From IMG/VR virus record IMGVR_UViG_3300047282_000479, positions 1 to 59,932 of that record: a DNA stretch of 59,932 nt; one strand, 5' to 3'. Under the pieces are notes generated by a model. It saw nothing but the letters and a program-made list of their open reading frames with translations, had not been told where the DNA came from and ran no database searches. The DNA is from a virus. Taxonomy: Duplodnaviria > Caudoviricetes. The position numbers and the translations under genes were made by a program. Positions 1-8,861 of this stretch are shown piece by piece (the first letter of the stretch is position 1; the number at the start of each line of letters is the position of its first letter).

Positions 1-441
1 GAACTGTCTTTTGTTATCTGAATGAAATTTATGTAAATGTTTACGAAGATAATTAACTCTGCCACTAATAATATCTAATTTCAGAATTTTTTCAAAATTA
101 TCGTCTATACCTAATACTTCTAGTAAGCGTTCGTAAGCATCACCATGAATAACTTCCACATTAGCCATAACATATCCCATATCATTAAGAGATGGATGAG
201 GCAGATTATCTCCTAATTTGGCCCAGAATTTTTTCACAGAAATTTCTAATTGGCCGATAGTAGATAAGGCTCTAATAACAATTTGTTGTTCTTGATCTGT
301 TAACTTAACTTTAAAATCCTGAATATCGCTCTGGAAATTAAATTCTCTATGAGTCCAGAAGCCATTTTGCATAGCCTCGATAAATTCCTGGGTCCAAGGA
401 TAGTGATCTGGCTTGCGTGTAATTTGTTCATTAAAAATCAT
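1..441 (-). CDS. nrdB: Ribonucleotide reductase class Ia beta subunit (N-terminal part, runs off window)
   Basis: Not in ORF track; my translation from ATG at 441: MIFNEQITRKPDHYPWTQEF...GFWTHREFNFQSDIQDF...QLEISVKKFW...ANVEVIHGDAYERLL, with the ExxH iron motif and radical Tyr context of R2. Confidence 0.93.
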   Translation of the reverse strand, partial: MIFNEQITRKPDHYPWTQEFIEAMQNGFWTHREFNFQSDIQDFKVKLTDQEQQIVIRALSTIGQLEISVKKFWAKLGDNLPHPSLNDMGYVMANVEVIHGDAYERLLEVLGIDDNFEKILKLDIISGRVNYLRKHLHKFHSDNKRQF

Positions 442-599
442 GATTTTAACCTTTTGTTATGCAATAATGCGATTATTCCGGCTATTACTATATTAGAAAA
501 AGACTGTTGCATCCATGTTTGGTTTTCATTATTATGCGGCAAAAGAAAGTAAACATAATAGTATTGAAACACCAGGATGTAGAAACAGATTTCTATCAT
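438..599 (-). CDS. Small membrane protein
   Basis: ATGA overlaps with both neighbours if started at 599 (MIEICFY...); hydrophobic. Confidence 0.5.
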   Translation of the reverse strand: MIEICFYILVFQYYYVYFLLPHNNENQTWMQQSFSNIVIAGIIALLHNKRLKS

Positions 600-1063
600 A
601 ATACACCGATCATGTGTTGTAGCCAAGATAGATCAGGAGTAATTTTAAAAATTTGTATGCCACTCATTGAGACAAACAAATCAAACCTTTTTTGTGCATC
701 TTGATCAAATAATTTTGTGCCGTGATCATCAATCATATAAACGGTTTGAACTCCTTCTTGCCACAAAGCCATGATGCAATCATTGCAACATTGACCAGTT
801 ACATATGCTATTCCATTATCTGGTCTAATCACACAATTGGCCAAAGCATTACGCTCACTATGAACCATCCAATGGTATTTATCTGGACGATCTTTGGGCA
901 GTAAATTATCGTCTAGTCCTTTTGGATAGCCATTATATCCTACTCCCAAAATTCTATGATTTTGATCAGTAATTACACAACCGTGTTTGGTGTGTATATC
1001 ATGACTGCGTTGAGAGATAACTTTAGCTAGGCCCAGAAAATAATTTGTCCATGATGGTCTCAT
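596..1063 (-). CDS. dCMP deaminase (ComEB-like)
   Basis: RPSWxxYF start, GYNG, HSERNA and CCNDC zinc motifs; ATG at 1063 preferred because the ORF-track start lies within a promoter. Confidence 0.9.
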   Translation of the reverse strand: MRPSWTNYFLGLAKVISQRSHDIHTKHGCVITDQNHRILGVGYNGYPKGLDDNLLPKDRPDKYHWMVHSERNALANCVIRPDNGIAYVTGQCCNDCIMALWQEGVQTVYMIDDHGTKLFDQDAQKRFDLFVSMSGIQIFKITPDLSWLQHMIGVL

Positions 1064-1069
1064 GGAACT

Positions 1070-1097
1070 ATTATACAAGGGCCTGATGCAAAGTCAA
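1070..1097 (-). promoter_or_regulatory. sigma70-like promoter
   Basis: TTGACT-N16-TATAAT just upstream of the dCMP deaminase ATG. Confidence 0.65.
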
Positions 1098-1349
1098 TCA
1101 GGATTTTGTAGACAGCTTGTTATATAGAACTAGTGTTAGAACAGATCCTGCTACACCCATTAGAATGCCCGCTGGGGATACAGCATCATAACTGCCTAAT
1201 AAATAAAGGATTGCTCCGCCCATATATGAACCAGCAACGCCTAGGGCTACTGTTTTTACAAAATTAAAGTTTTCTTCGCCAGGAACTATACTTTTCGCAA
1301 TAGATCCAACAAATAGACCATAAACACACCATACTAAAATATTAAACAT
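1098..1349 (-). CDS. GlsB/YeaQ/YmgE (transglycosylase-associated) family membrane protein
   Basis: GLFVGSIAKSIVPG...TVALGVAGSYMGG pattern, 3 TM helices, 83 aa. Confidence 0.75.
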   Translation of the reverse strand: MFNILVWCVYGLFVGSIAKSIVPGEENFNFVKTVALGVAGSYMGGAILYLLGSYDAVSPAGILMGVAGSVLTLVLYNKLSTKS

Positions 1350-1737
1350 TTGCGTTCTCCACTAAGGTTATTATTTCATCGTTTGTTATATTTGATCCAT
1401 TATCTAATATTGCATTTAATAATTGAAAACTATATTGATTATAATCTTCTTTTGTTAGTTGTTGGCGTAATAGTTTCTTAATTCTCATTTTGGTAAACCA
1501 TCCACGACGCAAACTGTATTCTTTAATTTCTGAACCATATAAAGAGTATTTGTCTTGAGCGGTACACTCGTTGGATAGTTTATTTTTATTACACTCTTGA
1601 AGAACTCTAACTAAAGTTAAAATAATACTAATCATCATTAGAATAGCTATAACACTACCAAATTTTTGATTAGGATCAATATTGGCTGTATTTAAAACTT
1701 TTGTTGCTATAGCTTCTAGTTTTTTATCATTATTCAT
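1342..1737 (-). CDS. Hypothetical membrane protein
   Basis: 131 aa, one TM segment, overlaps next gene. Confidence 0.65.
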   Translation of the reverse strand: MNNDKKLEAIATKVLNTANIDPNQKFGSVIAILMMISIILTLVRVLQECNKNKLSNECTAQDKYSLYGSEIKEYSLRRGWFTKMRIKKLLRQQLTKEDYNQYSFQLLNAILDNGSNITNDEIITLVENANV

Positions 1738-1749
1738 AATATATGACCT

Positions 1750-1971
1750 TTATTCTACTGCGTATTCACTAGATAAAATTAAATTATTAGTAGTATCATA
1801 AATTTGTATTCTGGTTAAATTTCCAACAGCCTCCAGTTGTTCTACGATACCTCTAGGATATTGTTGACCATTTAATTGATTAATAAATGATTCATTAGCC
1901 AAAAGGTTTAAGTCAAACGAATCATTAACATATAACTGTAAAATATAGTGATCTAAATTAATAGTGTGCAT
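1750..1971 (-). CDS. Hypothetical protein
   Basis: 73 aa, tightly packed in operon. Confidence 0.55.
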   Translation of the reverse strand: MHTINLDHYILQLYVNDSFDLNLLANESFINQLNGQQYPRGIVEQLEAVGNLTRIQIYDTTNNLILSSEYAVE

Positions 1972-2336
1972 TATTGATTATATTGTTGAATTTTGAATTT
2001 GCAGTTTGGGCCATTGCATTGTGGAATGCTTTGTAATTGAATTGGTGGATGTTGAATAACTGTTTTGGGTTGACTATTTGGTTGTATCTGAGCGTCTTTT
2101 TTTTCTGGTTCGCAATATCCACAATCAACCATTTTAATACCGTCACCACTTAGATATTTACCAGTACCCTTACATACTGGACAATTTTTTCTTTCATATT
2201 TTTTATCTGGCATTTCAATATGTGTGGACTTTATAATACCACCAGATAATACCACAGCGGCCGTAGTGGATCCTTTGTATGGAGATGATCCAAAGAGAAC
2301 TGTGGCCACAAGCAATAAACCTAATACCTTATTCAT
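1971..2336 (-). CDS. Secreted/membrane protein with CxxCxGxG zinc-finger-like motif
   Basis: Signal-like N-terminus; CPVCKGTG...CGYC. Confidence 0.65.
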   Translation of the reverse strand: MNKVLGLLLVATVLFGSSPYKGSTTAAVVLSGGIIKSTHIEMPDKKYERKNCPVCKGTGKYLSGDGIKMVDCGYCEPEKKDAQIQPNSQPKTVIQHPPIQLQSIPQCNGPNCKFKIQQYNQ

Positions 2337-2497
2337 TTTTTTACCCTTGGGAAAATTCTCTTTCTTTTTGGTTTAGGATTATCAATATCATCATTAACTT
2401 CTGTATTTTGTGGTACTATTAACTTTAATACTGCTAATATAAAAGTTAATAACATGCCAATTAATCGTTGTAATGCTATTTTATCTATTATTCTCAT
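2333..2497 (-). CDS. Small membrane protein (54 aa, below ORF-track cutoff)
   Basis: MRIIDKIALQRLIGMLLTFILAVLKLIVP...; ATGA overlap with next gene. Confidence 0.55.
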   Translation of the reverse strand: MRIIDKIALQRLIGMLLTFILAVLKLIVPQNTEVNDDIDNPKPKRKRIFPRVKK

Positions 2498-2505
2498 AAT
2501 ACACC

Positions 2506-3429
2506 TTATAAGTAATCAAACCCATAATCTGGTAATTTTTGTACAGGAAATCCGTCAAAACTACTGATGGCGAACGCTCCATTTTGTTTAATCATGCCTT
2601 CTGCTACGTCGCTGTGAATTAAAAATGAACCATTAGGAAGTTGTCCCCACTCTGGATGACCTCCAGAGTTCCAATTTCCCCAACTGTTGCAAACCAAAAA
2701 ACTCATATCTGTACCGCTATCGTCACACGCACCCCAAACCATAGCGTGATACCATACTCCTTGTGGTTTAGCAAATCCCTTTTTATCTCTTACACTATTA
2801 AAGCCTTGATTACTACATACCGTTACACCATAACCATTAGCTAGCGCATCCCTAGCTTCTTCAATAGACCTAATTTGACTAGCTGTTTTCATTTGATGAT
2901 TATTGGCAAGGTCTAAGACCTTATCCGGTAATCCTCTAGAGCCCCACTTACCACCCATACTGCCGTTATATTTACTAAAATCAGCAATACCAGGATAATC
3001 TTTTCTTGCTATAATTCCACCAACCTTAGTAACAAAATCTACTGTTCTGGCGCAACTAGAACCTTCTCCTCCATGCCCCCTAGCTCCATAAATTGCTTCG
3101 GTAGCACCTCGTGCTATCCAGCTTTCTTTTTCTCCTAATATATCTATTTCTACAGCTCTACTAATATCACAAGCATTTCTAGTAGAGTGACTTGTGCAGT
3201 CGCCTAGAGTTTGACGTTCTGTAAAAGCTCCTTTATCGAATTTTAAATAAGATAAGTATGGCCTACTTAATAACCCCTTACCACTATTTTTAATTTTTTT
3301 TGCACCATCTCCGAAATATGCATATTTAGCATTTTCCATAAATAAGTCATATACGTGTGGCTCATATATACAACCGCTAAATCCGTTTTTATATTTTTCA
3401 TATAGTGCTTGAGATGTTAATTTTGCCAT
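2506..3429 (-). CDS. Papain-like (C1-type) cysteine peptidase
   Basis: Q-TLGDCTSH (oxyanion Gln plus catalytic Cys), WYHAMV (His), NSWG (Asn). Confidence 0.8.
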   Translation of the reverse strand: MAKLTSQALYEKYKNGFSGCIYEPHVYDLFMENAKYAYFGDGAKKIKNSGKGLLSRPYLSYLKFDKGAFTERQTLGDCTSHSTRNACDISRAVEIDILGEKESWIARGATEAIYGARGHGGEGSSCARTVDFVTKVGGIIARKDYPGIADFSKYNGSMGGKWGSRGLPDKVLDLANNHQMKTASQIRSIEEARDALANGYGVTVCSNQGFNSVRDKKGFAKPQGVWYHAMVWGACDDSGTDMSFLVCNSWGNWNSGGHPEWGQLPNGSFLIHSDVAEGMIKQNGAFAISSFDGFPVQKLPDYGFDYL

Positions 3430-3431
3430 TA

Positions 3432-3971
3432 TTATACCTCTATTTTATTACTCTTTTGTAGATTATCAATAGCCCATAGCGGCTGCAAATTACTATAGTG
3501 ACATAATGCTTCTATATCTTTAGTTGTTTTTGCTGATGATAGTGGTATTATATGATCAATATGCCAACCATTAATACCGTAATTTTCCCAATTCATACCT
3601 TGTTGAAATTTTGTTGATAGATGATATTTTAAATATTCAACAGAACAGCCTAGTATTGATATAGTAGATTTTGATTTATTATGCCCCTTAAAAGCAGAAT
3701 TAATTCTTCTTCTAATATTTTCAGACATTCTATAATTAGTATCTATTTTTAGTCTATCTTTTTTTCTTGCTCTGGTTTTAAGTTTAATTTCTGGACGCCT
3801 AGAATATTCTAATGATTTTTTTCTTAATTCTTCATAATGATTATTTTTATAAATTTCTTTTTTAGTTTTTGCGCATGTTTTACAAATATATTCGTATCCG
3901 TCCGGTCTGCTTTTATCTTTATAATAATTGTCTATATTTTGTGATATTTGACATTTATTACAAATTTTCAT
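3432..3971 (-). mobile_element. Free-standing HNH endonuclease
   Basis: N-terminal CxxC...CxxC; C-terminal WHIDHIIP...HYSNLQPLWAIDNLQKS. Confidence 0.88.
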
Positions 3972-3972
3972 T

Positions 3973-4470
3973 TTATTTTGCTCCTTGTTGACAAGCCCAC
4001 GCTAATGCTTTAAAACCTTCTGCTGCCTGAACTCGTGATTCTTTATTTAATGCAACACTATCGTCACCAATAGCTTCAACTATAACAGCCTTGCAAGCTT
4101 CTGCTAATTTAGGATATTTATTTTTCATATCCAATTTTAGCATAGTGCCTGCTAGTCTATTAGATTGTCTGATTTCTTCTGTGTTTTTAATAACTTCATC
4201 ATCACCATCTAAGGCTACAAGAGTTGCTAAATCTACATATAAACTAGCCAATCTTTGACCATCAGTCTTACGATCAGTATCACTATCTTTTAAAATTTTA
4301 ACTACTTCATCGGCCTTAGTTTTTAGTCCTTCTCTAACTGGCGCTGATAGTTCTTCAACTTCAACAACAACTGGCTTTGGACGATTAACTAATGATCCAA
4401 AATCTGGTTTAAACAGGCCAACTACTATTAATAGACCGGCTAATGCTAATAATAATGTTTTAGTATTCAT
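3973..4470 (-). CDS. Hypothetical protein with N-terminal membrane anchor
   Basis: 165 aa, hydrophobic N-terminus. Confidence 0.7.
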   Translation of the reverse strand: MNTKTLLLALAGLLIVVGLFKPDFGSLVNRPKPVVVEVEELSAPVREGLKTKADEVVKILKDSDTDRKTDGQRLASLYVDLATLVALDGDDEVIKNTEEIRQSNRLAGTMLKLDMKNKYPKLAEACKAVIVEAIGDDSVALNKESRVQAAEGFKALAWACQQGAK

Positions 4471-4844
4471 GTTGTCTCCTTATCTCCACAAACCACAGGA
4501 CTTAAGTATGGAAACATTTGATCAGCAACTTCAACCGCTTTATCGCAGCCGCATTCAGATGCTAAGTCTCGTGTTTGTTTCCAACTAACGACTAACTTAA
4601 AAAAGATATCTTCTTTGGTTGTAACTACTGGTTTGACCGCTGGAACAACAACCGCCACAGGAGTTACTGGCTTTAATGGAGATACATTCTTAAATTTTTC
4701 TACTAATCCGCCTAAAAATGTTTGAACAGGACTTAACTTCTCCTTAAATAATACCCATAGCATTAAACCAAAGCCAGCATATAGGGCCAAATCCATTGGT
4801 CCAACCTTACTAGCAAACTCTTCAAAGGTTTCTGTATAATTCAT
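4467..4844 (-). CDS. Hypothetical membrane protein
   Basis: 125 aa, TM near N-terminus, ATGA overlaps. Confidence 0.7.
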   Translation of the reverse strand: MNYTETFEEFASKVGPMDLALYAGFGLMLWVLFKEKLSPVQTFLGGLVEKFKNVSPLKPVTPVAVVVPAVKPVVTTKEDIFFKLVVSWKQTRDLASECGCDKAVEVADQMFPYLSPVVCGDKETT

Positions 4845-5227
4845 AGTCCAGCCTCTCTTTTAATAAAAACGCCCGTATTTCTAAAAATCGTAACAGTAGC
4901 ATCAATAGTTGCGCTCACCATTATCATGAGTATATTTTTGATGTACCTATGTATAATAGGCTCAACAAGATTAGGAACAAAGGGAACGTCCACCACTAAA
5001 AATATTTTATCATAAAAACTATTTAAAAGATCCATTGCTAAAGCTTTTTTATCAGGATTACTTAGATCATTACCAATAGCTTCTATAATTTGTACAACAC
5101 TAGCTGTGGTTAATTGTAATAGTTTCCACGCTTCACCTAGAGCAAAACGCTTAACTTCATTTACTCTTTCTTTTGTGCTGGCTATTAGTTTTTCTACTTC
5201 TGCTCTTATTAGTTCTTTGCTTGACAT
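4841..5227 (-). CDS. Hypothetical protein
   Basis: 128 aa in operon. Confidence 0.7.
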   Translation of the reverse strand: MSSKELIRAEVEKLIASTKERVNEVKRFALGEAWKLLQLTTASVVQIIEAIGNDLSNPDKKALAMDLLNSFYDKIFLVVDVPFVPNLVEPIIHRYIKNILMIMVSATIDATVTIFRNTGVFIKREAGL

Positions 5228-5501
5228 CTTTTTTTACCTCTGGTTGTTCTATTATCTTATTAGATTCGTTTTGATTGCTCCACCAAATTTTCTTAATTTC
5301 GTTACGACCCTTAACATATCGAAATAATACTGTTAATTGACCAATAATTAATATTAGAGCTTCTAAACCTCTGCTAGTTTCTGCTATAAGATCTTCTTTT
5401 TGAGAATGATCATTTAAAATACCCAATAGGTATAATCCACTAAATAAAAAACTTACCAATGTAAACCAGAACTCACTGGTTTTATATCCAGGTTTAATCA
5501 T
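5157..5501 (-). CDS. Holin-like membrane protein
   Basis: KPGYKTSEFW N-terminus typical of small phage holin-like proteins, 2 TMs, very basic C-tail. Confidence 0.55.
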   Translation of the reverse strand: MIKPGYKTSEFWFTLVSFLFSGLYLLGILNDHSQKEDLIAETSRGLEALILIIGQLTVLFRYVKGRNEIKKIWWSNQNESNKIIEQPEVKKDVKQRTNKSRSRKTNSQHKRKSK

Positions 5502-5613
5502 TATATTACCCTTTATAATTTAAGATAATATGATTTTATACACCATAATTTAATTTGGCATCTTTATCAATATTTCTATCCCACCAAAAAGGCTGTAAAT
5601 TCATATACCACAA

Positions 5614-6102
5614 TTAAAGGTCTATTGCTTCACGAAATGCTTGATCTATTTGAGCTTCAGTAAAGCCAAGAGCTGCGGCCATTGGTACAAGCCAAGCGTG
5701 TGTACGCTCAATATACGGAGCATATTCCCATTCTACACGAACAGCATCTCTAACACTTACATCTGCAATACTATTAATAGCAGCATCTACCATCTCCATA
5801 CTGATACCATGAGCAACCAACCATAGTCTAATTTGACGTGCTGATACTTGTTTTGGTACAGGATATACTATTGGTGTACGATTCCACGATTGGGTTTCAT
5901 CGTTCCAGCGAAAACGAAAACCCTTCTCATTTTCGAGCATAGGATTAGTTATGTCTCCATCAAATAAAATAGCTTGACGTTTTGAAGCAATCATTTCCGC
6001 TGCTTTAGCAGCAAGCTCATCACTAATTTCTGTAGTGCGAGGATTTGCTTCATCAAGAATACGCATAATATTATTACGTGGACCTAAAATTAAATATTTC
6101 AT
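5614..6102 (-). CDS. Tail-fibre-associated (assembly chaperone-like) protein
   Basis: VPKQVSARQIRLWL...EWEYA..ER...LGFTEAQIDQAF pattern common downstream of fibre genes. Confidence 0.55.
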   Translation of the reverse strand: MKYLILGPRNNIMRILDEANPRTTEISDELAAKAAEMIASKRQAILFDGDITNPMLENEKGFRFRWNDETQSWNRTPIVYPVPKQVSARQIRLWLVAHGISMEMVDAAINSIADVSVRDAVRVEWEYAPYIERTHAWLVPMAAALGFTEAQIDQAFREAIDL

Positions 6103-6896
6103 AGTTTATTCACCCATTCGAATTTTTGGTTAATAGTTTCAGATAATTTATGCCCTAACATTTCATTCCAATATGGTTTTAATGGCTTAACTTCTGGACG
6201 AACAGTATGTTCACCATAAGGCCACCCAATTTCAATTTCTTTTGTATATTGTTCAACATTATTAAAATCGTGTCCATTAAATTCTTCACCTAAATATTTC
6301 CATATTTTATCCATAGTTTCTATTGGTGATTTACAAAGATCCTCGGCATGAACAAATAATAACCGGTCACCAAATCTTTGTGCTGCATCATAAATTCTGC
6401 GTATAGCAATTCCGATAGGAGGTTCTTCTAACCATGCTTGAACTCTACCTTCTATAGTGGGCCACGCTGTTTTATATTTAGATTCGACACCACTCATAGG
6501 TGCAGGATTTTCACGACGCCTACGCTCCATAGAAGCTAAAATACCACGAATATCGCGCACAGGCACTATTACCTTTGCGTTGGGCCATACTTGGAATGTT
6601 TGATCTAAGTGTCCAACCCAAGAACGACACTTATCAACTACAATTGGACGATCAGTAAACGAATTAAAAGCATTAGAACAACCACCACGAACATAATCAT
6701 AATATTGAGTGGCTGCGTCCTGTGGATTTATAAAGCATTTTGCTTCTTCTGTTTGAAAAATTTGTCTAGCAATATATCCAATTTCATGTAACATGGAAGT
6801 TTGGGTTCCGTGTACCCGTGGATTCTGAGATAACAAATTCACAAGTAGGGTTGAACATGAAAATGGAAGTCCGCTAAGAAAATGAATAGTTTTCAT
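6099..6896 (-). CDS. Sulfotransferase family protein
   Basis: FLSGLPFSCSTLL (variant of GLPRSGSTLL PAPS loop), VDKCR, VRDIRGILAS. Confidence 0.75.
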   Translation of the reverse strand: MKTIHFLSGLPFSCSTLLVNLLSQNPRVHGTQTSMLHEIGYIARQIFQTEEAKCFINPQDAATQYYDYVRGGCSNAFNSFTDRPIVVDKCRSWVGHLDQTFQVWPNAKVIVPVRDIRGILASMERRRRENPAPMSGVESKYKTAWPTIEGRVQAWLEEPPIGIAIRRIYDAAQRFGDRLLFVHAEDLCKSPIETMDKIWKYLGEEFNGHDFNNVEQYTKEIEIGWPYGEHTVRPEVKPLKPYWNEMLGHKLSETINQKFEWVNKL

Positions 6897-6912
6897 AATT
6901 GTCCTTTATTAT

Positions 6913-8385
6913 TTATAGGTCTTTAATTACTGTTACTGTTATTCCACCAATGGTGTCAGATCCAGCTGTCCAAGTGTTATCAGTAGTTCTGGCGTGAAGA
7001 GTTGTGATATTACATCCTACAAAAACCAACACATCTAAAATACTACGTTCAACATATGAGTTTATATTAGTTAAGCCAGAGCAATTGTTGAACGCATTAC
7101 TTGCCATAGTTGTTACGCTATTTGGAATAGTGAGACTTCCAGAAAAACCAGAGCAATTGTAGAACGCACCAGTTGCTATAGTTGTTACGCTATTCCCTAT
7201 AGTGAGATTTCCAGTAAAACCACAATTGTAGAACGCATAATTTCCTATACTTGTTACGCTGTTTGGTATGGTAAGATTGCCGGTAAAACCATAGCAATTG
7301 TCGAATGCATAATTTCCTATGCTTGAGACGCCATTTCCTATAGTGAGACTACTAAAACCATTGCAACCGCTGAACGCATTGTCTCCTATAGTTGTTACGC
7401 CGTTTCCTATAGTAAGACTACCACTAAAACCATTGCAACCGCTGAACGCAAAATTTCCTATAGTTGTTACGCTGTTTCCTATAGTAAGATTGCCATTAAA
7501 GTTAGAACAACTATAGAACGCATAATTTCCTATGCTTGTTACGCTATTTGGTATTGTGAGACTGCCGGTAAAACCAGAGCAATCTCTGAACGCACCGCTT
7601 CCTATGTTTGTTACGCCGTTTCCTATGGTAAGACCCCCAGTAAAACCAGAGCAATCTCTGAACGCACCGCTTCCTATGTTTGTTACGCCGTTTCCTATGG
7701 TAAGACCCCCAGTAAAACCAGGACAATCTCTGAACGCATAATCTCCTATGCTTGTTACGCCGTTTCCTATAGTGAGACTGCCAGTAAAACCAGAGCAATA
7801 GGCAAACGCATACATTTCTATGTTTGTTACACTGTTTGGTATGGTTAAATCTCCAGTAAAACCACAATTGTAGAAGGAAGCATTTCCTATGCTTGTTACG
7901 CTGTTTCCTATAGTAAGATTGCCGGTAAAACCATAGCAATTGTCGAATGCATAATTTCCTATGCTTGTTACGCTGTTTCCTATAGTAAGACTACCACTAA
8001 AACCATTGCAATTGCTGAACGCATAGTTTCCTATGCTTGTTACGCTGTTTGGTATAATGAGACTACCAGTCAAACCATAGCAATAAGCGAAAGCAGCAGA
8101 TCCTATGCTTGTTACGCTATCTCCAATACGCAATCCTATTGCAGTAGAAGCAGCGAATTGAGAGGGATCAATTGTAGTTAAAACATAACCACTAACGCTA
8201 TTATCATCATTAATTAAAATGGTAGGCTCAAATGGCTGTGAGCTAGGAATAGCATCAACAATTTCATCCAGACTAATCTTTTTGGTAATTGCACTACCAG
8301 AAGGATCGTCCATAAATAGAAAAATATCATCATTAGTTAGTGAGCCGCTACCTTCTGGAAATTCATTTATACGTTGAATGGGCAT
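6913..8385 (-). CDS. BspA/TpLRR leucine-rich-repeat protein, probable virion adhesin
   Basis: 15 repeats of I(P/G)N(S/G)VT(S/T/N)IGxxAFxxCxGFTGxLT; lies within fibre gene block. Confidence 0.9.
   Translation of the reverse strand: MPIQRINEFPEGSGSLTNDDIFLFMDDPSGSAITKKISLDEIVDAIPSSQPFEPTILINDDNSVSGYVLTTIDPSQFAASTAIGLRIGDSVTSIGSAAFAYCYGLTGSLIIPNSVTSIGNYAFSNCNGFSGSLTIGNSVTSIGNYAFDNCYGFTGNLTIGNSVTSIGNASFYNCGFTGDLTIPNSVTNIEMYAFAYCSGFTGSLTIGNGVTSIGDYAFRDCPGFTGGLTIGNGVTNIGSGAFRDCSGFTGGLTIGNGVTNIGSGAFRDCSGFTGSLTIPNSVTSIGNYAFYSCSNFNGNLTIGNSVTTIGNFAFSGCNGFSGSLTIGNGVTTIGDNAFSGCNGFSSLTIGNGVSSIGNYAFDNCYGFTGNLTIPNSVTSIGNYAFYNCGFTGNLTIGNSVTTIATGAFYNCSGFSGSLTIPNSVTTMASNAFNNCSGLTNINSYVERSILDVLVFVGCNITTLHARTTDNTWTAGSDTIGGITVTVIKDL
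7568..7721. repeat. Exact 72-bp tandem duplication within LRR gene
   Basis: 7568-7639 is identical to 7640-7711 and the match extends to about 7721. Confidence 0.9.
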
Positions 8386-8387
8386 GT

Positions 8388-8606
8388 TTAGCCTCCTACT
8401 ACTGTTTCATTACCAATACCATAGTAATATGATGGATCATCAAATCTATTATCATATTTAGCTTCTATATCACTAATAGTTGGACTATTTTTAACACTAG
8501 TATTTAAAACATCGTTACTAGTAAAGCCGGTCACTCGACATCCTACGACACATGATCCGTTTTTGATATCATTACCAGAAATTGCTTTGTTTATATCATT
8601 AGCCAT
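8388..8606 (-). CDS. Hypothetical protein
   Basis: 72 aa, downstream of GGTGTA motif. Confidence 0.65.
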   Translation of the reverse strand: MANDINKAISGNDIKNGSCVVGCRVTGFTSNDVLNTSVKNSPTISDIEAKYDNRFDDPSYYYGIGNETVVGG

Positions 8607-8666
8607 AATTTTGCCCTTGTGTTAGAGTATATACTATCATTACACCAGAAGATAATTTGAAACTAT

Positions 8667-8861
8667 TTATTGATTTAGGTTTAATATTTGTGGGTCTAAA
8701 TCTAAAATTATTTTTTTAATTAATTCTATAGCTTCTTCTTCTCTTTGTTTAGGTACTCCAATACTATCCTGGTTAGATTTTATAGCTAATTCTATAACAA
8801 TATTTAAAGCTTCTATTAATGACATAATTTTAGAAGAATAATAATATTCTAAATCCTTCAA
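8667..8861 (-). CDS. Hypothetical protein (start may be MSLIEAL)
   Basis: Short ORF after 865-aa gene. Confidence 0.5.
   Translation of the reverse strand: MKDLEYYYSSKIMSLIEALNIVIELAIKSNQDSIGVPKQREEEAIELIKKIILDLDPQILNLNQ

Noticed and set aside
2500-2505. GGTGTA motif before the 54-aa gene
   Set aside because: Only 2 nt from the ATG and overlaps a Shine-Dalgarno-like AAGGTG, so not counted as a promoter
7140-8120. CRISPR-like periodic repeats
   Set aside because: The 69-72-bp period is the LRR coding repeat; there are no unique spacers or cas genes
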